Source: an uncultured virus (IMG/VR IMGVR_UViG_3300028393_000048)
Lineage: Duplodnaviria > Heunggongvirae > Uroviricota > Caudoviricetes
Virus record (IMG/VR): IMGVR_UViG_3300028393_000048
Coordinates: 1 to 64,000 of that record
DNA: 64,000 bases
Reading direction: 5' to 3' (one strand)
The notes under the pieces are model-generated. The model was not told the DNA's origin. It saw only the letters and a list, made by a program, of their open reading frames with translations, and did not search any database. The position numbers and the translations under genes are program-made. Shown piece after piece: positions 1-9,227 of this stretch; position 1 is the stretch's first letter, and every line of letters starts with the position of its first letter.

Positions 1-52
1 CCAGCAAACTGTTAATTTGTTCATCATGCTAGTTCGACTCTAGCCAGTGGAG
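1..52 (+). tRNA. tRNA-Asn(GTT), 5'-truncated by window edge
   Basis: Anticodon arm gcaaa-ctGTTaa-tttgt, T-arm gctag-ttcgact-ctagc, acceptor strand cagtgga-g; no encoded CCA. Confidence 0.85.
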
Positions 53-57
53 CTTTT

Positions 58-574
58 TTAATCCCAAGGTCTAAGTCCTAAAGATCTTCTTCCGTTGCCT
101 CTATTTTTACCACCAAAAGTTTTAGATAGAGCATCACAATTTAAACAAACAAGTCTTAGATTTTCTGGATTATTATTATTTGCACATCCATCAATATGAT
201 CAACCCATAAAGGTATTGGTTGATTATTCCATTCAGTTAATCCACACGATAAACATTTATGTCCGTTTTTTTTTAAAAGAATTCTTTTTATTTTATCTCT
301 ATATTTTAGTTTACCTAAATTAAAAAGATTTTCTATTTCATTATCAAATTCTTTATTATAATGTTCATGCATACAATTAATGCTACAATATTTTCCTTTA
401 CCTTTGCTAGGACTTATATAAAATTCTTTATTACAATTTAAACAAAATTTTAAATCACCTTCTTTTTTTCTTTTAGGTATTTTTATTATTTGTCTTTGCA
501 GCACATGAAGCGTTACAGAATTTCTTTTTATATTTTCCTATGAGAGTTTTTTGACAAGTTAAACATTTTTTCAT
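58..574 (-). pseudogene. HNH homing endonuclease with zinc fingers, frameshifted near 480
   Basis: C-terminal CxxC...VDHIDG..NN...NLRLVCLNC HNH motif; ATG at 574 gives MKKCLTC...FCNASC, which stops at ~473 unless one A is removed from an A5 run. Confidence 0.75.
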
Positions 575-622
575 AATAATATTTACTCGAAAATAATACA
601 TAAAATAAAATATTTTTTTGTT

Positions 623-650
623 GTAGGTTCGAATCCTACCTCGACAGCCA
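623..650 (+). pseudogene. Orphan tRNA 3' half (T-arm, acceptor strand, CCA)
   Basis: gtagg-ttcgaat-cctac-ctcgaca-g-cca preceded only by AT-rich sequence. Confidence 0.75.
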
Positions 651-693
651 TTTTACTTTGAAAATGTTAATATACTGAATAAGTATATTCTAT

Positions 694-1416
694 ATGAGCG
701 AAAAGTTTACATCTATATCAGAAGCATATTCACAAGTTTACAATAAACCACTTGAAGAAGGGATTTTTCGTCAAACTGGTGCAAGAGTAAAAGCAGCATA
801 TGATGCATCAAAACAATACGGAAAGGGATTAAATAGTGCTCTTAGTGGTGGCAAGGGTAATGAAATAAGTGCATCAGATGTTTATAAACAAGGTAAAAGG
901 GAAAATATTATCAAATCAATAGTTAAAAATGCATTAAACGATCTTGTATCATTGGGCGTTCTTGGAAAAGATTATAAAGCAACAGATGAAGATACCGCTA
1001 CTTTAACAAAGTCGCTTGGTGATTTTATTGCCACAAAGGTAGGTATTGAACCAACAGAAACAGAGGCACCAGAACCAATTACAAAGCCTCCCACATCCGA
1101 AGTACCAAAGGAAACTACACCATTAACAACGGATACTGAACCAAGTACAGAGGAAAAAGAAGAGTACGCACCTTCAGATGAAGCTGCTGCTTCAACATTA
1201 GAAAAAATGAATGGTGGTATACCAAACAATGCAACATATTCAACAAACACTAAACCCGTAAAACAGTATATGTTTAAGGATCGTAACTGGCATCAGGTTA
1301 TGGGAACAGATAAGGCAACAAGACAACCAAAGTTAAGTACACCTTTAACAAATAAAACAACCCCAACTGGTCAATTCTTAACTACTCAGTGGTTAAATAA
1401 AAACAAAAAAGCCTAA
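694..1416 (+). CDS. Hypothetical late protein, possible internal head protein with P/T/E-rich linker
   Basis: 240 aa; TAAGTA box upstream; N-terminal ISEAYSQV...LEE motif. Confidence 0.6.
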   Translation: MSEKFTSISEAYSQVYNKPLEEGIFRQTGARVKAAYDASKQYGKGLNSALSGGKGNEISASDVYKQGKRENIIKSIVKNALNDLVSLGVLGKDYKATDEDTATLTKSLGDFIATKVGIEPTETEAPEPITKPPTSEVPKETTPLTTDTEPSTEEKEEYAPSDEAAASTLEKMNGGIPNNATYSTNTKPVKQYMFKDRNWHQVMGTDKATRQPKLSTPLTNKTTPTGQFLTTQWLNKNKKA

Positions 1417-1434
1417 ATATAGTAAATATTATAT

Positions 1435-1803
1435 ATGAATTATTCTACATACTATCCAACTGTTTCTGGTGTTACGCAAATCCCAAACCCAAATGCGGCT
1501 CAAAATTATTCTTGGGTTGATGTTAACAATGATTTAAATAGACCATTATTTGCACAGGCAATATACAAGGTAAACTCTTTAGGTAGTAATGGAATTACAG
1601 TAATAGCAACAACAAATACAGTAACTGGTAATTTTGCTGCAATTCAAACAATTGCAGCAACAACAATTTCAGGTTTAACTGGTACAAACGGTGTTACTGT
1701 TAGTGCAATTAATGTTCCAACCTTTCCCGCATCTTTTACCATTAATGGTTCATTTGGTGCAATAAAGTTAGCTAGTGGTAGTGTAGTCGCATATAACGCT
1801 TAA
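1435..1803 (+). CDS. Small beta-rich putative virion protein
   Basis: 122 aa, T/N/G/A/V-rich; TAAATA late box upstream. Confidence 0.55.
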   Translation: MNYSTYYPTVSGVTQIPNPNAAQNYSWVDVNNDLNRPLFAQAIYKVNSLGSNGITVIATTNTVTGNFAAIQTIAATTISGLTGTNGVTVSAINVPTFPASFTINGSFGAIKLASGSVVAYNA

Positions 1804-1850
1804 AATTAAATTTGTATTGCTTTCTTTAGTAATTGTGCTAAAGTATAGAT

Positions 1851-2495
1851 ATGAGCAATTCTACATCAAGTGCATTTAAAAGTTTGCCAGTTGAAACTGG
1901 TAAACAAGGTGAAACTATGGTAATTCCAACTGTGAAAGATTACCTCGCTGAAATCTGTAAAGAAGATAATGTGGATGTAAACGAATATCTTGCAAAGCAT
2001 AACGAGACCAGAACTGTTGCTGATGTTTCTAAAGTATTTAGAAATACGATTGAACAAGATTGCCGCCTTAATCCAAGTATGGAATACACTTGGAAAAATA
2101 GAGTTAAATCTGTTTGGATTGTTTTAAACAATATAAAATATAGTAGTTATCGTCCATTTGATTTTAAAACATATAAAAAATATACAGAAGATGGTCTTTA
2201 TTTTATTAAAAATAAAAGTTCTACTCCTTGGGAAAGATTTAAAAGATTTGTAATGTTTCAATGGTATGAAATTAAATGGTCATGGAATTATACACCAACT
2301 CATATTGTTCATTTCAATAAAAACAAACCAAGAATTAATTGGTTTGAAGATAAACTAAAAGATTTGTTTTTTCTTAATTGGGATGAAAATAAAGATAAAA
2401 CAATCAAAGATTTAAAGGAAAGAGGATATCAAGTTGAAGATAATAGGATTTGGCATGAACCAATTCCTTTGGATGATGATAAAAGAATAATTTAA
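1851..2495 (+). CDS. Hypothetical protein
   Basis: 214-aa ORF; sigma70-like promoter directly upstream. Confidence 0.6.
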   Translation: MSNSTSSAFKSLPVETGKQGETMVIPTVKDYLAEICKEDNVDVNEYLAKHNETRTVADVSKVFRNTIEQDCRLNPSMEYTWKNRVKSVWIVLNNIKYSSYRPFDFKTYKKYTEDGLYFIKNKSSTPWERFKRFVMFQWYEIKWSWNYTPTHIVHFNKNKPRINWFEDKLKDLFFLNWDENKDKTIKDLKERGYQVEDNRIWHEPIPLDDDKRII

Positions 2496-2501
2496 AAATA
2501 T

Positions 2502-2572
2502 TGCCTTGTGGTGTAATGGTAGCACGAGAGACTTTGAATCTCTTTGTTAAGGTTCAAGTCCTTACGAGGCAG
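2502..2572 (+). tRNA. tRNA-Gln(TTG)
   Basis: Acceptor tgccttg/cgaggca, D-loop tggtag, anticodon loop ctTTGaa, T-loop ttcaagt; no CCA. Confidence 0.92.
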
Positions 2573-2581
2573 CTTTTTAAT

Positions 2582-2666
2582 GGGTAGATCGCATAGCGGC
2601 AATTGCTGGAGACTGTAAATCTCCTCTCCTTGGAGTTCGAAGGTTCGAGTCCTTCTCTGCCCACCA
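2582..2666 (+). tRNA. tRNA-Tyr(GTA)
   Basis: gggtaga/tctgccc acceptor, ggaga-ctGTAaa-tctcc, long variable arm, ttcgagt T-loop, CCA. Confidence 0.95.
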
Positions 2667-2668
2667 TT

Positions 2669-3109
2669 TTATTTCTGAAGTAATTTTTTAATCTCTTCTA
2701 ACTCTTTTTTGAGTTGACTATGATCATCTTTTAATTTACTATGATCTTCTAGTGCTTTCTCATCTAACCTTAAATCATCTTTTAATTGAATTAAAACTTC
2801 ATGTAACTGAAGCATTAGATTGTATGCATTTTGATCTAACTCAACATCATGTAACAGGTGCGCTCTATCTTTTTCTGATTGCCTTGTGGATGACATTAGA
2901 ATTAAAGGCGTGGCATAAGCAGCTTCAAAAGAAAGAAAAAGATTCAGAAGAATAAAGGGATAAGGATCAAAATGACACAATCCTAATATATTTACGATTA
3001 ACCATATCGTCAGTATGGTCGATTGAATTATAATAAATCTCCAAGATCCTATAAACTCCGCAATTTTATCGGCTAATTTAATACTGAGTTCTTTAAGATT
3101 GACAAGCAT
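2669..3109 (-). CDS. DUF1003-like membrane protein with C-terminal coiled coil
   Basis: AD.IA.FIGSW.FII...FDPYPFILLNLFLSFEAAY.TPLILMS..RQ...DR signature. Confidence 0.85.
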   Translation of the reverse strand: MLVNLKELSIKLADKIAEFIGSWRFIIIQSTILTIWLIVNILGLCHFDPYPFILLNLFLSFEAAYATPLILMSSTRQSEKDRAHLLHDVELDQNAYNLMLQLHEVLIQLKDDLRLDEKALEDHSKLKDDHSQLKKELEEIKKLLQK

Positions 3110-3135
3110 AATAATTACTTCTATACTTATAAAAG

Positions 3136-3822
3136 ATGAAAGTAAAATACAAACTACAAGAAATTCACCACAATATATTCTTGGTAACTATGGACAATTC
3201 TTATGATCTTGCAATGACATTTTGCAGAGTTCAAGAATTCTATGAATCTCCATATAAAGAAATCAGAGGAAAGCATTTTTCAATGACAGAATTTCAAAGA
3301 CTTTATACTATGAGAAGGGGTGAAGATTGCTTTACCTATCCTTCTGATTGGGCAGGGTTTAATGTTCCTAGCCACATCATTGATAAATGTTATGGCTATC
3401 ATGATAGTTTTAAAGATATAAATGAATACGATGATGTGATTCAAGAAATTGATCATAAGATTACAAATAGTGATACAAATGCACCGAAGTATTATCTCAT
3501 AGGTGCTCAAACAGGAAACAAAACAACTATAAATCATGAAGTTGCCCATGCTTTTTATTATTTGTATCCATCATATAAAAATGCTGCTAATAAGATTACA
3601 AGTCAACTTCCAGAAAAACTTTACAATAAATTCAAAAAACACTTGCTTGGTATTGGATACTCTGCTAAAGTCATTGAAGATGAGATTCAAGCTTATCTTT
3701 CTGCCGATCCAGAAAATCTCACTGAAATAAACGGAACTTCTGAAAGGGAAAACAAGATCATCAACAAACTATCTGAACAACTAAAAAATCTAAACAATGA
3801 ATATAGAACACGTAAAGGTTAA
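3136..3822 (+). CDS. Hypothetical protein with HExxH zincin-like motif
   Basis: TINHEVAHAFYY and downstream DEIQAY. Confidence 0.55.
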   Translation: MKVKYKLQEIHHNIFLVTMDNSYDLAMTFCRVQEFYESPYKEIRGKHFSMTEFQRLYTMRRGEDCFTYPSDWAGFNVPSHIIDKCYGYHDSFKDINEYDDVIQEIDHKITNSDTNAPKYYLIGAQTGNKTTINHEVAHAFYYLYPSYKNAANKITSQLPEKLYNKFKKHLLGIGYSAKVIEDEIQAYLSADPENLTEINGTSERENKIINKLSEQLKNLNNEYRTRKG

Positions 3823-4336
3823 GAAAATACAATTTCCTTTTACCAAGCTTAATTGGTGGGAAGAAGTTTATTGGTCTATTTTTAGAGTTAAAGATAAAGC
3901 ATATTGGTATGTTTATTATACTTTTAATCCGCAACATAAATCCATCCGCAAGGCTATCCCAAAAGCTTGGATAGATCTAGATGGGATCGTAGAAAATGTT
4001 CTTTCCGCTATTATCATATCATTTGTTGAGGAGGAAAAAGGTCTTGATCAAATTCAAATGATTATGAAATCTCTCCATAAGGATGACGAGTATAATAAAA
4101 ATGAATGGGGGAGTGTTGATTTATTTTGGGAATATTACAATGCTCATTATAAAAATTATCTTAGACTTCAGGAAATCTATAAATGGGTTAAAACGGGTAA
4201 AAAAGAAATGCAAAATTATTTGGAATCTATTGATAATAACTGGCAAGAGTATTCTAAAGTCGAACAAGATATTCACGAAAGAGATTCTGAATACCTTGCA
4301 GATCTTGTGAAGCTTCGTAAGTATTTGTGGACTTAA
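3797..4336 (+). CDS. Hypothetical protein
   Basis: 179-aa ORF overlapping upstream gene. Confidence 0.65.
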   Translation: MNIEHVKVKKIQFPFTKLNWWEEVYWSIFRVKDKAYWYVYYTFNPQHKSIRKAIPKAWIDLDGIVENVLSAIIISFVEEEKGLDQIQMIMKSLHKDDEYNKNEWGSVDLFWEYYNAHYKNYLRLQEIYKWVKTGKKEMQNYLESIDNNWQEYSKVEQDIHERDSEYLADLVKLRKYLWT

Positions 4337-4337
4337 T

Positions 4338-4414
4338 GCACGAGTAGCTTAGTCTGGTAAAGCAGCAGATTTACATTCTGCCTAGCGGGGGTTCAAATCC
4401 CTCCTCGTGTACCA
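4338..4414 (+). tRNA. tRNA-Val(TAC)
   Basis: gcacgag/ctcgtgt acceptor, gcaga-ttTACat-tctgc, ttcaaat T-loop, CCA. Confidence 0.93.
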
Positions 4415-4444
4415 AAAGTCTTTGTTCTTTGATAAGTATAATTT

Positions 4445-4895
4445 GGGGGCGTAATAGATTCGACTTAATCGTTGAAAACTATATATGCAAGCAGTAGTTG
4501 ATCTGTGGCTACTTTAAAACGGATTAAAAAATAAACGCAAAGGCAATAACCAATGCAGTTGAAGCAGTCAAGTCATTCGTGACAAATGCAGCAGAGTCTC
4601 TCTTCGGAAACGAAGATGAGCTTTGCCTCATGGCAGCATAAACACCACAATCCTGATCCTATTAGGGGTAGTGGAATAACAATAGGTTTTAGTGGGTCTT
4701 GTGACACTAGTAAAAGAGTGCAAGCGGTGGTATGTGGTCGTTAATCACGCATACAGGTAGGTCTCTAAACATAGATAGGTTGGCAAAGCCTAGTTACCTT
4801 TAGACAACGAAAGTACGAATTTTGTCAAAGCTTGTATCGAATATATAGTTACCAATATTAAGGACAGGGAGGGCAGTTCTCCCTCGCCTCCACCA
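4445..4895 (+). ncRNA. ssrA: tmRNA, one-piece; tag frame 4537-4641
   Basis: 5' GGGGGCGTAATAGATTCGAC, 3' CGCCTCCACCA with G3:U70; resume context ataaac|GCA; tag ends LMAA-stop. Confidence 0.93.
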
Positions 4896-4899
4896 TTTC

Positions 4900-4972
<73 letters not shown>

Positions 4973-5022
4973 GTATGGTAAATTATACTTGACAAAAAAA
5001 TAAAAACTGATAAGATTAAAAA

Positions 5023-5658
5023 ATGGGAATGTTCGATAATATTAAATGTGAGTTGCCTCTTCCTCTAAACAAGAAAGAGCAAGAAAAGTTTTCCAATATG
5101 AATTGGAATGATATTAGCTTTCAAACAAAAGATACTGATTGTACTATGTCAACTTATGTTATTAGAAAAAACGGTAAACTTTACGGTCTATTTGTTGAAG
5201 GTAAAAATGTTCGTGTAATATCTGAAAAAGATGAGAAAAAAATCAAAAGACAGGGTCGTTTCTGTTGGCCCTACGAATTCAAGGAGAAATCTAGAAAATA
5301 CAAATTTGAAAAGTTTACTGGTGATCTTTATTTTTATGATTCTTTCTTTGATAAACAAGGGAATGAGTACTGGGCAGAATTTTGTGGAAAGTTTGTAAAT
5401 GGTGTCATTCAAGGAAAACTTAGGAAAGTTGAGATTCGTCTGTCGCAAACCGCAGAAGAAATAAAGAAAAATGATGAATACTGGAAGAAAAAACTAGCCG
5501 AAGAAGAAGCAAAGTTTAACAATAAAGCTAGAAGATTTTTGAGAAAATATACTTGGGGTTATTGGAATAAATTCTGGTTTAGACTAGGTAGAATTATTTC
5601 AAAAATTGGAAGTAAACTTACCAAAGTAGATATTTGGATTAACAGAAATATTGCTTAA
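5023..5658 (+). CDS. Conserved phage hypothetical protein (MGMFD...FQTKD type)
   Basis: MGMFDNIKC...FQTKD..C.MS.Y.I...G.LY...FTG...FY pattern. Confidence 0.65.
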   Translation: MGMFDNIKCELPLPLNKKEQEKFSNMNWNDISFQTKDTDCTMSTYVIRKNGKLYGLFVEGKNVRVISEKDEKKIKRQGRFCWPYEFKEKSRKYKFEKFTGDLYFYDSFFDKQGNEYWAEFCGKFVNGVIQGKLRKVEIRLSQTAEEIKKNDEYWKKKLAEEEAKFNNKARRFLRKYTWGYWNKFWFRLGRIISKIGSKLTKVDIWINRNIA

Positions 5659-5659
5659 T

Positions 5660-5947
5660 ATGATTAAATACTTTACAATTCTATTAATGTGCATTTTCAC
5701 GGTTGGTTGTACCGTGAATGGTGATTATGTTGTTTCTACACCATCTGTAAATTATGGTTATTCTTATCCATACAGTTATGGTTATAGTTATCCTTACTAT
5801 GGTTATTCTTACCCATATTATGCAAACTATGGGTGGGGTGGATATGGATATGGATATGGTGGATGGGGTAGGGGTTACGGATGCGGATATGGATATGGCG
5901 GTTATCGTGGTGGATATGGATATGGTGGAGGGTGTTATCGGAGATAA
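5660..5947 (+). CDS. Gly/Tyr-rich putative lipoprotein
   Basis: MIKYFTILLMCIFTVG-C lipobox-like signal, then YGYSYPY and GYGYGG repeats. Confidence 0.65.
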   Translation: MIKYFTILLMCIFTVGCTVNGDYVVSTPSVNYGYSYPYSYGYSYPYYGYSYPYYANYGWGGYGYGYGGWGRGYGCGYGYGGYRGGYGYGGGCYRR

Positions 5948-6079
5948 TTTTTATGAAATACATTCCACCAAATCTTTTTATTGTCATTGGTTGTTTTATT
6001 TTTTGGTATTGGGTAATAAAATTAGCAATATTTTTAATTAAAGGTTGACATATTTTTTTAAATCATCTATTATAAAAAG

Positions 6080-6910
6080 ATGAACATTATAGCTATTGGT
6101 GATATCCATAATCATTGGGTAGAAGCTGAAGAAATTGCATCATTGTATGATAAGACTCATACTGTAGTTTTTACTGGTGATTACTTTGATGATTTCGGTG
6201 ATACCGCCAATGATGCAATTCAGACTGCTCGTTGGCTAAAAGAATCGCTTGATAAACCCAATCGTATTCATTTGATGGGGAATCACGATATCAATTATTC
6301 GTATTTAAATTATAGCAAGGATGAAAGTGGTCATATTCAGAACATATACAATTGTTCTGGTTATGATATGAAGAAAGATGATGTCATCAATCGTGTTATG
6401 GATCAACAAGCATGGGATAAAATTAAGTTTGCACATCTTGGTAACGGCGTATGGTTTACCCATGCTGGTATTCATCCAACTTGGTTTGAACACCCCATTA
6501 AAGGTATGAGTAATGAAGTTATCATTGATAAGATTGCAAAGGCTACAGATGATTACCTTAATCGTACATGGAACGAAACCATTGGTGCTGTAGGTCGTTG
6601 TCGTGGTGGTGTGCAAAAGGTTGGTGGAATACTTTGGTGTGATGACTTTCAAGAAGGTCACGTTACTAGAGGATTACGTCAAGTTTATGGACACACCCCC
6701 ACGATGGGTAAAATTAATACTTGGTATGAAAACGGAGGGTTGAATGCCAACATTGATTGTGGTCTACATCAGGTTCTTGAGATTGATGAAGATGGAAGCT
6801 GTGCAGCTATTGATACTGGGCTTCCTAATTTCTATCTTGAGGCACAAGAAAAAAGAAATAAGAAGGCAAAAGAAAATATTGACAAACTTATAAAGTTTGG
6901 TGTATTCTAA
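6080..6910 (+). CDS. Calcineurin-like metallophosphoesterase
   Basis: GDIH, GDYFD, GNHD, THAG, GHTP motifs. Confidence 0.9.
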   Translation: MNIIAIGDIHNHWVEAEEIASLYDKTHTVVFTGDYFDDFGDTANDAIQTARWLKESLDKPNRIHLMGNHDINYSYLNYSKDESGHIQNIYNCSGYDMKKDDVINRVMDQQAWDKIKFAHLGNGVWFTHAGIHPTWFEHPIKGMSNEVIIDKIAKATDDYLNRTWNETIGAVGRCRGGVQKVGGILWCDDFQEGHVTRGLRQVYGHTPTMGKINTWYENGGLNANIDCGLHQVLEIDEDGSCAAIDTGLPNFYLEAQEKRNKKAKENIDKLIKFGVF

Positions 6911-6914
6911 AATT

Positions 6915-7223
6915 ATGACAAAACTAAAATCCGAAACATTCAACAATAACAATACCTATGCTATTTTTATTAGCAAGAAGTCTTCTGATTACTTTATGAA
7001 TCAGATTAAGAGAGAAGGTTATGATAAAAATGGTGTGAACATTATCAAAGCTGACTTTGAAGATGATCTTGCTGCCATTGTAATTCCAATTCAAGAGAAT
7101 GTTAAGTTTATTGAAAAGGATCTATTTGATTACAAATCAAATTCAATTATTCCCGATGTTCAAAATTCTGGATTTTGGGGTCAGGTTGGTCTTGGATACA
7201 ATGGCAAAACTTGGAGTGTATGA
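6915..7223 (+). CDS. Hypothetical protein
   Basis: ATG 6 nt after TTGACA-N18-TATTCT. Confidence 0.55.
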   Translation: MTKLKSETFNNNNTYAIFISKKSSDYFMNQIKREGYDKNGVNIIKADFEDDLAAIVIPIQENVKFIEKDLFDYKSNSIIPDVQNSGFWGQVGLGYNGKTWSV

Positions 7224-7447
7224 TACTAGAAATAATTAAAATATCAGCAGCAATTATTCTTAGTATAATAGCATTAGGATTTGTTATATTTATTTTTACT
7301 TTTTGTTGGTGGTTATTGACTGGATTTATTGAAGGAATCCAAGAAGGATTAAAGGATATTCCAAAGATTATTGAAGAAAAAAAAGTTGAGAAAATCAGAA
7401 AAAAACTCGACAAAAAAAATTATTATGAGAACTGTAAAAATAGATAA
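7220..7447 (+). CDS. Small membrane protein
   Basis: ATGA overlap; long hydrophobic N-terminus, basic tail. Confidence 0.55.
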   Translation: MILEIIKISAAIILSIIALGFVIFIFTFCWWLLTGFIEGIQEGLKDIPKIIEEKKVEKIRKKLDKKNYYENCKNR

Positions 7448-7841
7448 CATATTTTGGGAAGTTAAAAAAATTGATCAGGGAACCGTTTGGCTTTCTGAGA
7501 TCAATGGACTTAAAGGTATGATCATAACTGAACAGAAATTCAACGAGATAAATGATGAACCAAAATACAAGATAGTTTATGATGAGATGTCCTGTTATAA
7601 TTGGGGATTTTCTATCAATGATGTATGGAGAAGTGGAGAAGTAGAAGAGGGAGTCAAGCAACCTGAAGAAGATGATGAACTTCTTGATTATCTTTTATTG
7701 AAACTAAAAGAAGGAATTAAGGATGGTACTTGTTCTTTTCAAAGTTTTATGGAATGTTTTCAATCGGATGATTATGAGGAAAGCAAAGGTAATTGTGAGA
7801 CTTGTGGTCATCATGGAGGAAGAACAACTTGGAATATATGA
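7425..7841 (+). CDS. Hypothetical protein with C-terminal CETCG knuckle
   Basis: ORF in a coupled run of genes. Confidence 0.6.
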   Translation: MRTVKIDNIFWEVKKIDQGTVWLSEINGLKGMIITEQKFNEINDEPKYKIVYDEMSCYNWGFSINDVWRSGEVEEGVKQPEEDDELLDYLLLKLKEGIKDGTCSFQSFMECFQSDDYEESKGNCETCGHHGGRTTWNI

Positions 7842-8068
7842 AAGTAAAAGAACTAATAGAACAACTTCAAAAATTTGATCCAGAACAAATTGTTGTTGTT
7901 GATGGATATGAAACTGGATTTGATGAAGTCCACCATGTACAATATATTGCTGGACTTAAAAAGTTACCAGATGATAAAGCTTATTATGATGGAGAGTATG
8001 ATAAAGCACCAACTATGGCTTGGTTGCAAGATATGGTTAATGCTGTATATCTTCCTCGTTCTTCATGA
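7838..8068 (+). CDS. Small phage protein (MKVKELIEQLQKFDP type)
   Basis: Common phage N-terminus; ATGA overlaps on both sides. Confidence 0.7.
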   Translation: MKVKELIEQLQKFDPEQIVVVDGYETGFDEVHHVQYIAGLKKLPDDKAYYDGEYDKAPTMAWLQDMVNAVYLPRSS

Positions 8069-8487
8069 AAGGTATAGTCTCGTTTGACTTTGATGACACT
8101 TTGGCATCAATGACGGAAGAAAAGCAAGGACTTCTTTGGGGAATTGTTAGTGATGAACTTGTTCCCATCAAGGACGTTATTGATATTTTAATGGAAAAAC
8201 ATAATGAAGGATATGAAATTCATATTGTTACTGCTCGTGAGGAATGGGCTATTCCAGAAGTTAAGAGTTTTGTATATAACTATCAGCTTCCTATCAAAGA
8301 AATTCATTATACCTCTGGTGGTTCAAAATTACCAATTTTAAAAAAAATCAAAAGCGTTCTACATGTTGATGATATTCTTCATCATGTAGTTGCTGCCGAA
8401 TTAGAAGGAATTCCTTGTCTATTAGTTGATGATGGAAGACATAAAAATAATTGTACTGCTGATCAATTTAATAAAATTTTGATTTGA
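8065..8487 (+). CDS. HAD-superfamily phosphatase/nucleotidase
   Basis: SFDFDDTL, IVTAR, K, HVDD motifs. Confidence 0.8.
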   Translation: MKGIVSFDFDDTLASMTEEKQGLLWGIVSDELVPIKDVIDILMEKHNEGYEIHIVTAREEWAIPEVKSFVYNYQLPIKEIHYTSGGSKLPILKKIKSVLHVDDILHHVVAAELEGIPCLLVDDGRHKNNCTADQFNKILI

Positions 8488-8521
8488 CAAAATTTAAAAC
8501 ATCGTTTACTATATATAAATC

Positions 8522-8758
8522 ATGAAAAACACAAATACAACCGTACAGGTAAACGTAAAGTTAGATAATTTTTATGTAACTTTCAGACAATCACCAGACA
8601 ATCACGATTGGACTGAAATGTTCACTACTGATATTTGTCCTAGTCACATGGATACAAATCGTAGACCAATACATTTTATGTCTTTTGAGAGTCATGAACT
8701 AGATTCAATCATTAATGCTTTGACAGCTTATAGGGATACTGTTACAGTATTAACCTAA
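8522..8758 (+). CDS. Hypothetical protein, paralogue of 13636..13872
   Basis: 78 aa; 56/78 identical by manual alignment. Confidence 0.8.
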   Translation: MKNTNTTVQVNVKLDNFYVTFRQSPDNHDWTEMFTTDICPSHMDTNRRPIHFMSFESHELDSIINALTAYRDTVTVLT

Positions 8759-8764
8759 ACAATT

Positions 8765-8879
8765 TGACTAGGGTGCGAGTTCTTATAAGCTAAAGAACTT
8801 CCGCAACAGGTGATAGCGAAGCATAGTATACGATGAACGTGTAGCCTGTCCGAATTACCACAAAAGTAGTTCCTAGTCA
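8765..8879 (+). ncRNA. Candidate multi-stem structured RNA, unknown class
   Basis: Closing stem TGACTAG/CTAGTCA enclosing three arms; G:U pairs favour the + strand. Confidence 0.6.
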
Positions 8880-8894
8880 TCAACTTTTAAAAAT

Positions 8895-9227
8895 ATGAAT
8901 AAACAATCATTTGAAAAAATAATCCTAAACCTTCAAGCTGCTCGTTTGAGATCTCGTGAGATGTATAAACTTGGAGTTGATCTCATGCAGTACGAAGAGA
9001 ACTATGAACATGTAATTACTGAACTTTTTACAGCAGCATTTAATACAGATCAACTTGAGTGGATTGATTGGTATCTTTATGAGAGAGAAAGTCCTAATGG
9101 CAAGATTCTTAAAGCACACAAGAAAGTTGGTAGAAAGAAAGTAGAGATTTGCCACACTATTGATTCTTTATGGGAAACAGTTCATGATGCAGGACATCCT
9201 AAAAAAATTGACCCTAATAGAATATGA
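8895..9227 (+). CDS. Hypothetical protein
   Basis: 110 aa with WIDWYLYE motif. Confidence 0.65.
   Translation: MNKQSFEKIILNLQAARLRSREMYKLGVDLMQYEENYEHVITELFTAAFNTDQLEWIDWYLYERESPNGKILKAHKKVGRKKVEICHTIDSLWETVHDAGHPKKIDPNRI

Noticed and set aside
5736..6041. HIHIH and DMDMD ORFs overlapping the Gly/Tyr gene
   Set aside because: Other frames of the ggatat repeat; only the Gly/Tyr frame has a signal peptide
8765..8879. TPP/SAM riboswitch, hammerhead, SRP RNA or tRNA identity for the structured element
   Set aside because: Diagnostic cores (UGAGA, CUGAUGA/GAAA, SRP loop, T-loop) are missing; kept as unclassified
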